Origin: a virus
Taxonomy: Duplodnaviria > Caudoviricetes
IMG/VR virus record: IMGVR_UViG_3300032272_000007
Span: 1 to 64,000 of that record
DNA: 64,000 nucleotides
Reading direction: 5' to 3' (one strand)
In this document: one piece after another, positions 53,963 to 64,000 of the stretch
How the letters are laid out: each line of letters begins with the position of its first letter
Position numbering within the stretch: position 1 is the stretch's first letter
Made by a program: the position numbers and the translations under genes
Notes under the pieces: generated by a model
What the model was told of the DNA's origin: nothing
What the model saw: only the letters and a program-made list of their open reading frames with translations
Databases searched by the model: none

Positions 53963-56900
53963 ATGAGCTTTTTAGAGAAATATACATTTAAGGGGATCAA
54001 TAAAGACGTTCACCCTCAGTCTTTAAGCACAGACGGCCAGAGGAGACTTACTCCTGGAAACGTGTTTCATGTCGAGAATGGTAGATTAACTAGCTCAGAG
54101 GGGAATAATAAGGAGTCTGTTGAAAGTATTCTCGGTAACGAGGAGAGGGTAAACGGAAATTTACCAAACGGAGCAAACAAGGTTGTGGGAGTCTATGAAA
54201 ATATTGAAGACTACTCATTGATCTATTTCATGTGGAACGGTGATGGAAATCACAGCATACATCGATACAATGGCAGTTCCTCCACCTTCGAATTAATAGT
54301 TGAGTGGTCAGGGTTGAATTTTTCTGGAAAGCCACTAACAGGCATTGGCAGAGCTGGAGAGAATGTTTATTGGACAGATGGTGAAAACCCATTGAGATAC
54401 ATAAATCTTGCGGAGCTCTATCCAGTTTTAAATGAGAAACTAGCTTCATTATACCTCCACCCACCATCCAGGCCAGCAACCACTACATTTGGGACAGATT
54501 CCAGCCTACCCGTTAACAGGATGAATGAAGATAGCTGGCAGTTTACCTACCGATATGTCTATAATAATGGAGGATTATCGAGATTTGCGCCCTACTCAGT
54601 ACTCATGGAGGCTAAAGACTTTCCATTGTCATTCGATGATTCGAACAACTACATAGATGTAAGGGTGTTCATTGAGGATGACATTGTAACCCAGCTGGAC
54701 AAGGTTGAAATCTTTTACAGGAAGAATAATTCAGAGGTCATATACTTCTTTGATGAAGTTCTTGACCCATCAATATCAACATTCTTTGATGTTAGATTTG
54801 ATAATTCATTCACTGGTTATGTGGTGCCACAGGAGGAGACAAGTAGATCGGATGAATCAATTCCTGTTTTATCGTCAGCTCTGGCTTACTTCAAGGATCG
54901 ACTATTTGTTAATGATAGTGTGGTGGGAAGAGATGTAAATGAGGGTAACTACACAGCTACCGTAACTAAATTTTCAGATGCAAAGAGATCTGGTCTACAG
55001 AATAAGGAGGGAGGATCCTATAGTTATGGCTTAAAGTTCACCGATGGATCTGGAAGAAATACTCTTGTAAAGAAAATTGGATCTCTACAGTTCGACAGGC
55101 TAACACCATCATTCGCCTCAGATGAGGAGTTTTCTGTAAATCTTACCGCCAAGGAATACGCAAGAGTTCAGGTAAGCGGAACCGCACCCATCTGGGCAAC
55201 TCACGCACAAGTCGTCATGACGGGTGAAACATCTATTGGAACTTACATGCAGTTTGTTGGATATGCAGCATTCTTGGATAATTTCAATGCAGACGGGGCA
55301 AAAACGCCAATTGCTCCAGGCGATCCAGATTTTGAGGAGCATGTATCCTCTGGAAGAATTTATCTAAACCAAAAGCTGGGTTTTCGATCGGACATACTAC
55401 ATATATTCTGCCCTAAAAACCTACCCTTTGAGCCAGAGGAGGGCATGTTCATCCGTCTAGCATCAATCGCTAATGGAGAAATTGCCATATTAAAGATTGC
55501 TGCATTCTATGGGGATGCTATTGAGGTATTCGGCCAAATTCCACAGGTAGCTACTGCGGGTCAAAACTGGGACACTCAAAATATAAACACAAAACTATAT
55601 TGTGAGGTTTTCACTTTCTCCGAGCAATCAAAGGAGCAATTATTCTATGAGATTGGAGATAGATACGTCATACCCTCTAACCAACAGATGAATATTGACG
55701 ATATTCTTGAGGGGGACACGCATATATTAGATGACAATTCTTTGATAGGTGGTAGCGCCCCAATAGCAACAAGGCAAGGGGTTTATCATGATTACGACCT
55801 TCGAACGGTGGATGATTCTGATTACGGTATTGCAGATAATTGGGAAGATCCAATATTTGCCGTTATTGAGTCACAAACACCCACCAGTAAACAGGTACAC
55901 ACCGCACAGGATGATCTAAATGTAAGTGTAAGTACGGTTACTACCATTACCCCAGACCTAACTAAAATCGCGTGGAATCAGGGTCGGGCATTTGTGTTAC
56001 AAGAGGATAATGGTGTAGATCAACAGCCTACACGTATATCATTTAGTGATACATTTATTCAAGACAGTAATATTAATGGAGTTCATAACTTTGATTCTTC
56101 CAATAGAAAGAATATTCCCAGAGAACTAGGTCCAATAACCAAGTTTTTACCAATTGGAGGGAATGTAATGCTGGCTATTCATGAGCGTGAGTGCTCGAGT
56201 CTAAGTATTGGAGAGGGGTTCATCAAGGTTGGGGACAATAATTTTATCCTTCAAAAGACAGAAAGTGTTGTTGGTGATGAAAGAAGTTTGCTTGGTGGGT
56301 TCGGGACTATATTTCCAGAGACCGCACAGTCTTTTGAGGGAATGGGGTTTTTCTACGACATCTACAAAGGATCTATTGTCAAATACACCCTCAATGGACT
56401 GTTCCCTGTTTCTGATTATGAGATGAAAAACTATTTTGAGCAGAAATCTAAGCAACTAATACCGTATATAGGCCAGATTAATGTGATTGCTGGTATCGAT
56501 CCTTACCACAAAGAGTACATTATTACATTTCCAGCTATCGACAACATTCCAGCTGAGACGTGGGCTTTTAATTTTGTAAAGAATAGATGGAATTCTCAAT
56601 ACCCGTATGTTCCAGAGATGTATTCCAAGCTAGGAAACAAGTTGATCACCTTCAATCAGGGTCGACTATACGAGCACCACAGGGGAGCTACTTATAACAA
56701 TTTCTATGGTGTTCAGTATGATAGGAAGATAATTTTTTACGCCAATCCATGGGTAACTAAAACAAAAAAACTACTCAACATCAGCATTATGGCTAAGGAA
56801 CTCGCTAAAGACAGCGATCCTGAATATAAGGTGATGGTAATTAGAACCCCATCAGGACAGGAGACGTATTTGAAGTTGAAACACTTTGAAAGGAAAGAAC

Positions 56901-57085
56901 AAACATTCTATGCACAGGTTTTAAAAGATATTAATTCTACCGCTGATCAAGGAAGGGTTGCCCTTCTTGACGGTGCAGATATGAGAGACAAATATTTCGA
57001 GATTGAAATCAACACCAATCTCACAACAGAAGCTCTTTTACACGAGGTTACCACCGTAATGGTAGAATCAGAGTATAGTAGGTAG
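53963..57085 (+). CDS. Tail stabilization/nozzle protein
   Basis: 1040 aa, beta-propeller-like, crAss/P22-gp10-like position. Confidence 0.8.
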   Translation: MSFLEKYTFKGINKDVHPQSLSTDGQRRLTPGNVFHVENGRLTSSEGNNKESVESILGNEERVNGNLPNGANKVVGVYENIEDYSLIYFMWNGDGNHSIHRYNGSSSTFELIVEWSGLNFSGKPLTGIGRAGENVYWTDGENPLRYINLAELYPVLNEKLASLYLHPPSRPATTTFGTDSSLPVNRMNEDSWQFTYRYVYNNGGLSRFAPYSVLMEAKDFPLSFDDSNNYIDVRVFIEDDIVTQLDKVEIFYRKNNSEVIYFFDEVLDPSISTFFDVRFDNSFTGYVVPQEETSRSDESIPVLSSALAYFKDRLFVNDSVVGRDVNEGNYTATVTKFSDAKRSGLQNKEGGSYSYGLKFTDGSGRNTLVKKIGSLQFDRLTPSFASDEEFSVNLTAKEYARVQVSGTAPIWATHAQVVMTGETSIGTYMQFVGYAAFLDNFNADGAKTPIAPGDPDFEEHVSSGRIYLNQKLGFRSDILHIFCPKNLPFEPEEGMFIRLASIANGEIAILKIAAFYGDAIEVFGQIPQVATAGQNWDTQNINTKLYCEVFTFSEQSKEQLFYEIGDRYVIPSNQQMNIDDILEGDTHILDDNSLIGGSAPIATRQGVYHDYDLRTVDDSDYGIADNWEDPIFAVIESQTPTSKQVHTAQDDLNVSVSTVTTITPDLTKIAWNQGRAFVLQEDNGVDQQPTRISFSDTFIQDSNINGVHNFDSSNRKNIPRELGPITKFLPIGGNVMLAIHERECSSLSIGEGFIKVGDNNFILQKTESVVGDERSLLGGFGTIFPETAQSFEGMGFFYDIYKGSIVKYTLNGLFPVSDYEMKNYFEQKSKQLIPYIGQINVIAGIDPYHKEYIITFPAIDNIPAETWAFNFVKNRWNSQYPYVPEMYSKLGNKLITFNQGRLYEHHRGATYNNFYGVQYDRKIIFYANPWVTKTKKLLNISIMAKELAKDSDPEYKVMVIRTPSGQETYLKLKHFERKEQTFYAQVLKDINSTADQGRVALLDGADMRDKYFEIEINTNLTTEALLHEVTTVMVESEYSR

Positions 57086-57113
57086 TTATGTAGAAATCAT
57101 TAACTTTATCCCC

Positions 57114-57785
57114 ATGCCAGCATCAACAGCATTAGCATTCGTTCCATCAGCGTTCCAATTTTTTCAAGGCATCCGCCAGAAACAATTGGCAAAAAACCTT
57201 AAACAGGATACCTACATCCCTGGAGCTCTAAGAGAGGCTGAGGCTAGAACCAGAACCAGAGCTGGTGTAACAAAGTTACCCGGTCAAGATCGCGCTGAGG
57301 AGAAAATCAAATCCACTACAGCCAATACGATCGCGGTAACCCGAAGGAACGCCAAAGACTCCACCACTGTTTTAGAAAAAACACAGCAAGCGGATGCGGT
57401 ATCAAAAGCTGCAGTAGGAGATATGAATGCTCGAGTTGAGGGCTACAAACTAAAGAATGAGGAGAAGCTAAATCAGGTATTGAGCCAAAAGGCCAGTTAT
57501 CAAAAAGCTAATAAGGATCAGTTTGACGCTGCAAAATCAGCATTAGAGGGAGCCTCCTCGCAAAATTTTTATAATGCAGCTACCAACGCTGCTACAGCGG
57601 GTATAATTACTGGAGCAAATAAAGGTAGTGCGGCGAAAGGAGCAATCGGAACAGGTGTACCACCCACAACTCCAGCGGCGGCGGGAACAGAAAACACACC
57701 CCCTTTTCTGGATGACCCCACAAATGTGTTCTATAAGGCATTAATGCAGCGCTATGGTGTAACGCCGCAGAACCCAATAAAGTAA
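57114..57785 (+). CDS. Putative ejection (internal virion) protein
   Basis: Ala/Gln-rich with hydrophobic Gly/Ala ends, follows the nozzle. Confidence 0.65.
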   Translation: MPASTALAFVPSAFQFFQGIRQKQLAKNLKQDTYIPGALREAEARTRTRAGVTKLPGQDRAEEKIKSTTANTIAVTRRNAKDSTTVLEKTQQADAVSKAAVGDMNARVEGYKLKNEEKLNQVLSQKASYQKANKDQFDAAKSALEGASSQNFYNAATNAATAGIITGANKGSAAKGAIGTGVPPTTPAAAGTENTPPFLDDPTNVFYKALMQRYGVTPQNPIK

Positions 57786-57792
57786 AATCAAA

Positions 57793-59265
57793 TTGGCAGG
57801 TAATACAGCATCAAATCTAGTATTCAGAGGAGCAGAAGGAACTGGTGCCGCACAGATCTTCGGAAGAGAGGGAAATCCACTCAAGGCCTTAGCTCAGGTC
57901 AAAGCCAACGAAGCCAACCAGGCAACGCTACTCCAGAAGAGAAAGGAAGCCAGAGACAAGAAAATGGCCGATTTAGCGGAATGGGCTCCAGACGAACGAT
58001 GGGCTCCATTTGACGAGCAGGTTCGAACGATGGCTGAGGACCTTATGGGGTGGGAAGTGGAACAGATACAGGCTGGAGCAGACACATCCGATGTGGGATT
58101 TACCCGTCAAGTAAAATCATTGCAGAATAAGGCTAATTTGGTCGCCTCTAAATCCAACCACATGAAAACTGTGTTTGATGACGTAAGAAAAACTTACACC
58201 GAGGGTGATAAGAAGGATTATTTCCAGACCAAGCATTATGATGAGTTGCTGAATGACGTTTTCATGGATGAAAATGGCAACGGTAATCCGATAGACCAGA
58301 TTAATCTTGATGACGCACGATCAATATTGGATGATCCAGAGGGATATAATATCACAGCTATTACCAATGATTTCATTGCCGAGCTTCCAGAGAAGTCTAA
58401 AGAATTTTATAGTGGTCTCGCCACCAAGCTAGGCCAGGGTTTTGAGCAATCTAAGTTCATGACTAAAGTACTTCAATTTGCTCCAGACGGAAGTTTGGAG
58501 TTTGATGATAACAACCAACCAGTGCTAAGACTGGCTCCAGAGGTTATTCGAGAAGCAATGAATAATGACCTTCTGGGTCGATGGGTCGACTATGAAACAG
58601 GTAGGGAGGTTGAGAAACGACTACAGACAAGAGGATTGTTAGATGCTGCTGGTGTTCCTTCAACAGACATTGATCCAGTAGAGGAGCAGGAAATTCAAAA
58701 AGAAATTTTGAGGGGACTACTCATCCAGCGGGATCCAACTAGCATGAGCAAGAAGCCAACGGGTATGCTCAAGCATGATACAGCTGGCGGGAGAGGGTTT
58801 TCGGTACAAGAACCATTGGTTGATGTCAGGTATCGAACACTTAGGAAAGCTATCTACAGCCTTGATGAGTCCGCTCTAAAGGAAGCAGCACAAGCGGCCG
58901 GAGGTATTCAAATAGAGTTTCTTGGGGGGGAGCCGGGACCAGGAGGAAAACTGGTAGACGAAGCATCTCCTGATAGAATACGTGTAACCATCGACCAGAA
59001 GGGGTTCGAGGATCAGAAGAGGGGACAAGAAGGAGAGAAAATCGGAGTTAAGCCAAAAGTAAAAGACATTTACATTGGTGACAATAAGTCAAGGGAAGCG
59101 GCAATATTTGAACTCAATCAATTGATGGATGAGGCTCAGGGGGCAGCTAAACTCAGAATAGGTAATGATAACATCCGCCTATTTCATGAGAGATGGCTAA
59201 AAAAGAATTCCAAAAATCTAGGATTTGGAGGAGATAATGGGAAAGTAACATTTGGGTTTAAGTAA
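57793..59265 (+). CDS. Putative ejection (internal virion) protein
   Basis: 490 aa, TTG start, helical. Confidence 0.65.
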   Translation: MAGNTASNLVFRGAEGTGAAQIFGREGNPLKALAQVKANEANQATLLQKRKEARDKKMADLAEWAPDERWAPFDEQVRTMAEDLMGWEVEQIQAGADTSDVGFTRQVKSLQNKANLVASKSNHMKTVFDDVRKTYTEGDKKDYFQTKHYDELLNDVFMDENGNGNPIDQINLDDARSILDDPEGYNITAITNDFIAELPEKSKEFYSGLATKLGQGFEQSKFMTKVLQFAPDGSLEFDDNNQPVLRLAPEVIREAMNNDLLGRWVDYETGREVEKRLQTRGLLDAAGVPSTDIDPVEEQEIQKEILRGLLIQRDPTSMSKKPTGMLKHDTAGGRGFSVQEPLVDVRYRTLRKAIYSLDESALKEAAQAAGGIQIEFLGGEPGPGGKLVDEASPDRIRVTIDQKGFEDQKRGQEGEKIGVKPKVKDIYIGDNKSREAAIFELNQLMDEAQGAAKLRIGNDNIRLFHERWLKKNSKNLGFGGDNGKVTFGFK

Positions 59266-62200
59266 TGGGAAAACAGAAGGAAAAAAAGCCAAATAATGTA
59301 ATGAAGGAACTATTCTCCTATCTACAGGAGTCTGGATCTTCTGATGACCTGCCTGATAACATTGATGTTTTTCAGGCTCAAATGGATGCCGATACCGCAA
59401 TTAGTAGCAATATCTATGATTTTCTCAACAAGTCTGCCAAGGTTAATGACCTGCCTGAAACACATATTGCATTTAGGGAAGGTCTCGGGCTTACTGTAAA
59501 AAAAAAAGACGATTCACCACTGGATTCACCAGATGGTGCACCAATATCTACCGAGGATTCAGAAATTATTTCAGAAGAACCCATCGATCAACCTAGTGAA
59601 GAACCAGGAAGTGAAATCAAAATAGACGGTATTGAGGATTTAGGCATTGATGCCCCAGAAGGTGAGCCACCTTCTCCAGTAGTGAATCCAGAAATGGCGC
59701 AGCAGGAGAAGGACTTCCAGCCACAAATCCAAAGGTTGATTACTCAACCAGAGCTTGATGAGCAGCAAATACAACAAAGAGCTAGTGACCCTATTTTAAG
59801 CGGCATAGATAATATTGTCGGCAGTGTTCAGGACAAACTATTCCCGGTATGGGAAGAAGCGGCTCAGGCGGCTCAGGCGGAGGCTGTGAAGCTAATAGAC
59901 ATCCAATTCGGTGAGTGGGTCAAAAAGAATCCAAAAGCCAATGAGAAGGAGCAACAAATCAAGTATCAGGAGCTTGCTGCTAAATTTCAAGAGGGGCCTT
60001 TCAAAAATCGATTGAAGGGAATTGAAAATCAGTTCAATAAAACTATCACAAAGGAGATCGAAGAGACCATTGAAGGATTCATTGGTATCGAGAAGTGGAA
60101 GCAGATGGAAGATGGCCCAAATAGGCTGCAGACTTACCTTAGTCAATTTACCAGAACATTCTACGAGATACCTGGTACTCTGTCCAAGGGTTATGGCATT
60201 CTGGTCGGCGATGAAAATATTCAAGAGTTTGGTACCGCATGGCAGAACGTTGTAGATGAATTCCACCCATCTAATCCTAAATATGCTGAGGAAATTGCCG
60301 CACAACTTACCCATGGCCTTGGTCAGGTAACGTCATTAATATTTATGGGAGGGGTAACGGGGATGGGCAAGACCGGCACAAACCTACTTCTCAAGAAAGG
60401 AGCTAAGGATGTTGCTAATATGTCTTCCAAGCAGATCCTTTACGAGTCAGGAAAGAATATGATGAAAACCTTGTCATCAGCTCCAGCCGTACTTGGTGCT
60501 ATGCAGATGGCCGTTCCTGAGTTTGAACAAGCAATTCAGAAAGGAGCTACCGATGATCAGGCGTTTGAGGTGTTCGTTAAAAACGCAATTGTAGGAAGTG
60601 TTTTGGAGCAGGCTCCAATTCTTCAATTCTTTAAGCGGCTAAATCAGGCCACAGCTGGCGGACTAAAAACATGGATGCTGGGCAAGGGTAAAGCAGCCTT
60701 CAAGGGCGGACTCGAGGAGGGGTTCACGGAATATCTTCAAGGAGTTTATGCCAACTGGACCGCTAAGGAGGTGTACGATAACTCTGTTAAAATACTCGAT
60801 GGTGTAGCTGGAGAGGGAGCTCTTGGATTTGGAGTTGGTTTCATTATTAATGCCATTGGTGCCAACATCAAGATCGCCAGGCAACAGAATAAGGGAGACG
60901 AGTGGATTGATAAAGCGGAAGCTCATCTGGAGCAAAAGAAAACGGAGTTTGACCCAGAAGCCACCATCACAAAGGATCCAGCGGTAGAGAAACCAAACGT
61001 GATTGATCTTACCGAAAGTAATGCTAAATCCATTCAAGAGAAGATTACAAAAGGGGATGAACTAAGCCCCCACGAGCAAAAGGAGAGAGAGCAATTTGAG
61101 ACCGAAGGGAAAGAGTTTACAGAACCAAAACCACCAAAGGAGGTAGAGGAAGTGGATAAAGTGGTAGAAGATCCGTTGGAATCGGAAGAAAAACAGGAAA
61201 AACCGGAAGCATCAGACTCAGAGATTGATCAGGAAATACTTGGATACAAAGGCGGGTTTATCAAGGATCAGAAAAATATTTTAAATACCCGTATTGTCGA
61301 TATAAAAATCGATGGAGACAAAGTAATACTTAATCAAGGTCAGTCCTCATTTGAGAAATCGATGACCAAACAGGAGTTCTTGAACATGGTCGATAAAAAA
61401 GACCCAAAATTTGAGATCACTATTGCAAGAAAAAGTGAGATAGAGCAACCCCCCAAGGCGGAGAAACCAAAGGTCAAAAGCGTAAGGAAGGGGCCTAGAA
61501 AATTCCCTATACCAAAACGACATCAGCCGGCAGTGGACGCTACCCCGGACACACTGCGTCAATCAATAATGCAGTCGATTATTGGGGGTGTTCGCTTTGA
61601 AACACAACGATTCAAGAAGGAAACAGGTCGTAAGATTGATGGTAGCGTATTGGGAATGGTCGCCTCCAAGGAAAAGGGAGGTATGGACATGGATCAATTC
61701 ATTCTGAATTTAAAGGATGAGTGGGATACTCACGATGAAGGTGAAATCCGAAATGAAATACTTGATGTGATCAACTCCTATGGATCCAAGGAAGACATGT
61801 TCAATTCTCTGATGGATGAAATAGGAGTAGAGGGAGAAGCCATAGCGGATCCAGATGAAAGAGCTCTTCGGAAACAAGAGGCAGAAATGGCTAACCAAGC
61901 CCTATCTCAGTTATCAGAAGAGGAACGGCAATTGCTAGAAAATAGCCCTGAAATTCTACCAGATAGTGTTTTTTCTCTGTCAGATGAGGAGGCACAGCAA
62001 CTTTTAGATGATAATGAAGCATACGAAGCGTACTTAAAAAATTTAGATAATGGAACAGAAACCGCAAGTGAAACTAGCCCTGAAAGTGATCAGGGACAAG
62101 TTGAAAAAACAAGACAAGAAGAAACCACCTCCAAAGAAGGAGTAAGAAAGTGGATAAAGGACATCCCCAGACGTGGAAAAACGGAAATATCACTCAATCC

Positions 62201-64000
62201 AGCTGAACAAAAAGCCCTAAAGGAAATTAATGGCACCACCACTAAAAGCAAACTCTATTTAAGAGGAGAAAAAGGACTTTCAAACAAGTATGGCGATGAC
62301 ACTATTCAAATGCTCAGGGATTATGAGTTAATCTTATTTGGAGCAGATGGTAATAAATTCTCAGCAGTAAGTCAGGTCGGTAGAGAAATAGCGGATGACA
62401 TCACCCAAGAAGTAAAGCGGGAAGATAAAGGAGATAGATTTTTGGTTCCAGAGGAACTTGATACGAAAAAATTCAGAAAAACCCTTAACAAAATACATGA
62501 TCAGTGGGAGAATGATCCAACTGGTGAGCTAATTAATGATGATGATGCGAGAAAGTTCATCACCGACACCGCTAAGGAAAAGGGCTTTATAACGGGTGTT
62601 GAGAGGGATGGATACGGGAATGAGAGAATTACCTTCACCAAAAATGAAGAACAATCCCCCAAAAAGGATAAACTAGCTCAGAAAGAAGAGAAAATCAAAG
62701 ATGAGTTAGCGGATCTATGGAGCCAGTTTGGAAAAGCAGGAGCAAATACCGCAAATACGGGGATCACTCCAGAGCAATTTGAGCTAGCGGCCAAGATAAT
62801 AGCTAAATCAGCAGAATTAGGATTTGTCAAATTTGAACAAATCATTGAGTTCGTCCGCGATAATATCGGAGAGAACGTACTTAAAGAGAATTTTGATGCA
62901 TTCAAAGCCGCATACGTGGCGAATAAAGTTACTGAGAATCCAGAAAATGAGGATCTCAATTCCATTGCATCACAGAACCCAGAAAATTTTATTAAACCAA
63001 AATCAAATGAACTCCCTACCACAAACAATCTGGAACCAGATAGCACAGATGGAGGATCTATCGACCCAGTGGGCAAAGAAGATGTTTCCGATCGACGAGG
63101 ATCAGATCGACGTGGAACTAGAGAAGGATCACGACAGGATGAAAAAGACGGGAATGAGCGACAAAGCGATACTGTCATTTCAGACGATAGCGATACTACA
63201 CCTGGAACACAAAGCAATCAGAAACTTTCTGAAACAGAGCGAGGAGAACGAAGCACTCCAAATGATCGCACTACCGGAGACGGTAGAGGAAGTAATCCAA
63301 ATAGCAGGCAAAGAATATTGGATGGAGGAGAAGGACGAGCAGAATCTACGAAGCCTGATAACAAAACACTCACTAAAAAAGAGCGCCTAAAAGCTCAGAA
63401 AGCAGCTGAATCTATTGAAGTAGTATTCAATGATCCTAACAATGTCCGAGAAACCCTACCATTGCTTTTCCCAGAGCAACAGGACGATGTAATCAAGATA
63501 GAAAGGAGATTCTCAGAGGACCCAACCTCAACAGATCCCAAAAAGGGAATATTATTTACTAACGGAACTGGTACGGGCAAAACCTTCACGGGTTTAGGAG
63601 CAATCAAGAGATTCCAAAAAAGAGGACTCAACAACATACTGATTGTAACAAAAGCAAAAGTCACCAGCGTTTGGCAAAACGAAGGGAAACTTTTTGATAT
63701 TGACATCAATAAGTTAGAGGGAATTAAGGACAGGGGCAAAGGGGTTAGGGTGACTTCATTTGAGAACTTCCGAGCGAATGAGAGCATAAAACACGAGAAA
63801 TTTGACCTTGTTATTTATGATGAAAGTCATAAGCTCATGAACAACAAGCGTGGGGAGGGAATGGCGACAGCCCAATCTCACTATACCATTTCCAATAAGG
63901 ACACCTCTTATGCAAAGAAGCGCTTAACAGACGTTCATCCGCTATGGATGAAGAAAAGAGACATTGAGGCTAAAATAGAAGCTGAGTCAGCCTCAAGATC
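59265..64000 (+). CDS. Giant polyvalent internal virion protein with an SF2 helicase domain (DarB-like), truncated by the window
   Basis: Open from ATG 59265 to the window end (over 1570 codons, absent from the ORF track); GTGTGKT at about 63564-63584 and DESH at about 63817. Confidence 0.88.
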   Translation, partial: MGKQKEKKPNNVMKELFSYLQESGSSDDLPDNIDVFQAQMDADTAISSNIYDFLNKSAKVNDLPETHIAFREGLGLTVKKKDDSPLDSPDGAPISTEDSEIISEEPIDQPSEEPGSEIKIDGIEDLGIDAPEGEPPSPVVNPEMAQQEKDFQPQIQRLITQPELDEQQIQQRASDPILSGIDNIVGSVQDKLFPVWEEAAQAAQAEAVKLIDIQFGEWVKKNPKANEKEQQIKYQELAAKFQEGPFKNRLKGIENQFNKTITKEIEETIEGFIGIEKWKQMEDGPNRLQTYLSQFTRTFYEIPGTLSKGYGILVGDENIQEFGTAWQNVVDEFHPSNPKYAEEIAAQLTHGLGQVTSLIFMGGVTGMGKTGTNLLLKKGAKDVANMSSKQILYESGKNMMKTLSSAPAVLGAMQMAVPEFEQAIQKGATDDQAFEVFVKNAIVGSVLEQAPILQFFKRLNQATAGGLKTWMLGKGKAAFKGGLEEGFTEYLQGVYANWTAKEVYDNSVKILDGVAGEGALGFGVGFIINAIGANIKIARQQNKGDEWIDKAEAHLEQKKTEFDPEATITKDPAVEKPNVIDLTESNAKSIQEKITKGDELSPHEQKEREQFETEGKEFTEPKPPKEVEEVDKVVEDPLESEEKQEKPEASDSEIDQEILGYKGGFIKDQKNILNTRIVDIKIDGDKVILNQGQSSFEKSMTKQEFLNMVDKKDPKFEITIARKSEIEQPPKAEKPKVKSVRKGPRKFPIPKRHQPAVDATPDTLRQSIMQSIIGGVRFETQRFKKETGRKIDGSVLGMVASKEKGGMDMDQFILNLKDEWDTHDEGEIRNEILDVINSYGSKEDMFNSLMDEIGVEGEAIADPDERALRKQEAEMANQALSQLSEEERQLLENSPEILPDSVFSLSDEEAQQLLDDNEAYEAYLKNLDNGTETASETSPESDQGQVEKTRQEETTSKEGVRKWIKDIPRRGKTEISLNPAEQKALKEINGTTTKSKLYLRGEKGLSNKYGDDTIQMLRDYELILFGADGNKFSAVSQVGREIADDITQEVKREDKGDRFLVPEELDTKKFRKTLNKIHDQWENDPTGELINDDDARKFITDTAKEKGFITGVERDGYGNERITFTKNEEQSPKKDKLAQKEEKIKDELADLWSQFGKAGANTANTGITPEQFELAAKIIAKSAELGFVKFEQIIEFVRDNIGENVLKENFDAFKAAYVANKVTENPENEDLNSIASQNPENFIKPKSNELPTTNNLEPDSTDGGSIDPVGKEDVSDRRGSDRRGTREGSRQDEKDGNERQSDTVISDDSDTTPGTQSNQKLSETERGERSTPNDRTTGDGRGSNPNSRQRILDGGEGRAESTKPDNKTLTKKERLKAQKAAESIEVVFNDPNNVRETLPLLFPEQQDDVIKIERRFSEDPTSTDPKKGILFTNGTGTGKTFTGLGAIKRFQKRGLNNILIVTKAKVTSVWQNEGKLFDIDINKLEGIKDRGKGVRVTSFENFRANESIKHEKFDLVIYDESHKLMNNKRGEGMATAQSHYTISNKDTSYAKKRLTDVHPLWMKKRDIEAKIEAESASR
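62050..62145 (+). CDS. Nested +1-frame ORF MEQKPQVKLALKVIRDKLKKQDKKKPPPKKE
   Basis: A-rich start context; lies in a disordered linker of the host ORF. Confidence 0.45.
   Translation: MEQKPQVKLALKVIRDKLKKQDKKKPPPKKE
63007..63390 (+). CDS. Nested +1-frame 127-aa protein (MNSLPQTIWNQ...)
   Basis: Globular helical composition while the host frame is R/G/D/S/E-rich; AAACCAAAATCAA-ATG start context. Confidence 0.7.
   Translation: MNSLPQTIWNQIAQMEDLSTQWAKKMFPIDEDQIDVELEKDHDRMKKTGMSDKAILSFQTIAILHLEHKAIRNFLKQSEENEALQMIALPETVEEVIQIAGKEYWMEEKDEQNLRSLITKHSLKKSA

Noticed and set aside
60022-60255. Another +1-frame ORF in the giant gene
   Set aside because: TTG start, Arg/Ser-rich off-frame composition, and it overlaps a structured part of the host protein.
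1-64000. CRISPR array, IS element or self-splicing intron
   Set aside because: No regularly spaced repeat-spacer units, transposase or intron-split core gene was seen.

Overview
A continuous 64-kb segment of a dsDNA bacteriophage that probably infects Bacteroidota. Evidence for the host is TAnnTTTG -7 promoters, A-rich Shine-Dalgarno-less starts, Bacteroidota-type lipoproteins and signal peptides, and an IntDOT-type integrase. The virion module looks crAss-related and podovirus-like. Bases 1-29750 are mostly leftward early and middle genes: DnaB, a replication initiator, a YqaJ/RecT recombination pair, an acyl carrier protein, a tyrosine recombinase, a MazG-like protein, a C5 DNA methyltransferase, RadC, many small ORFs, two tRNAs and anti-defence sponge candidates. 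Bases 29809-64000 are a rightward late operon: two GroES-like genes, terminase, portal, scaffold, major capsid, tail fibre/spike proteins, holin-like genes, tail tube and stabilization proteins, ejection proteins, and a giant SF2-helicase polyvalent protein that runs off the window. The most notable signals are (1) a perfect canonical parS palindrome filling a 21-nt intergenic gap, with no parAB in the window; (2) a Tad1 homolog and a Tad2-like/RyR-domain fusion forming an anti-defence locus; (3) unrelated early genes framed by shared 14-31-bp start/stop junctions, resembling a cassette-shuffling architecture; (4) a ~290-nt structured RNA with a loop-loop kissing interaction downstream of tRNA-Met; and (5) +1-frame genes nested in the giant ejection protein. 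All family assignments come from motif recognition by eye; no database searches were run.
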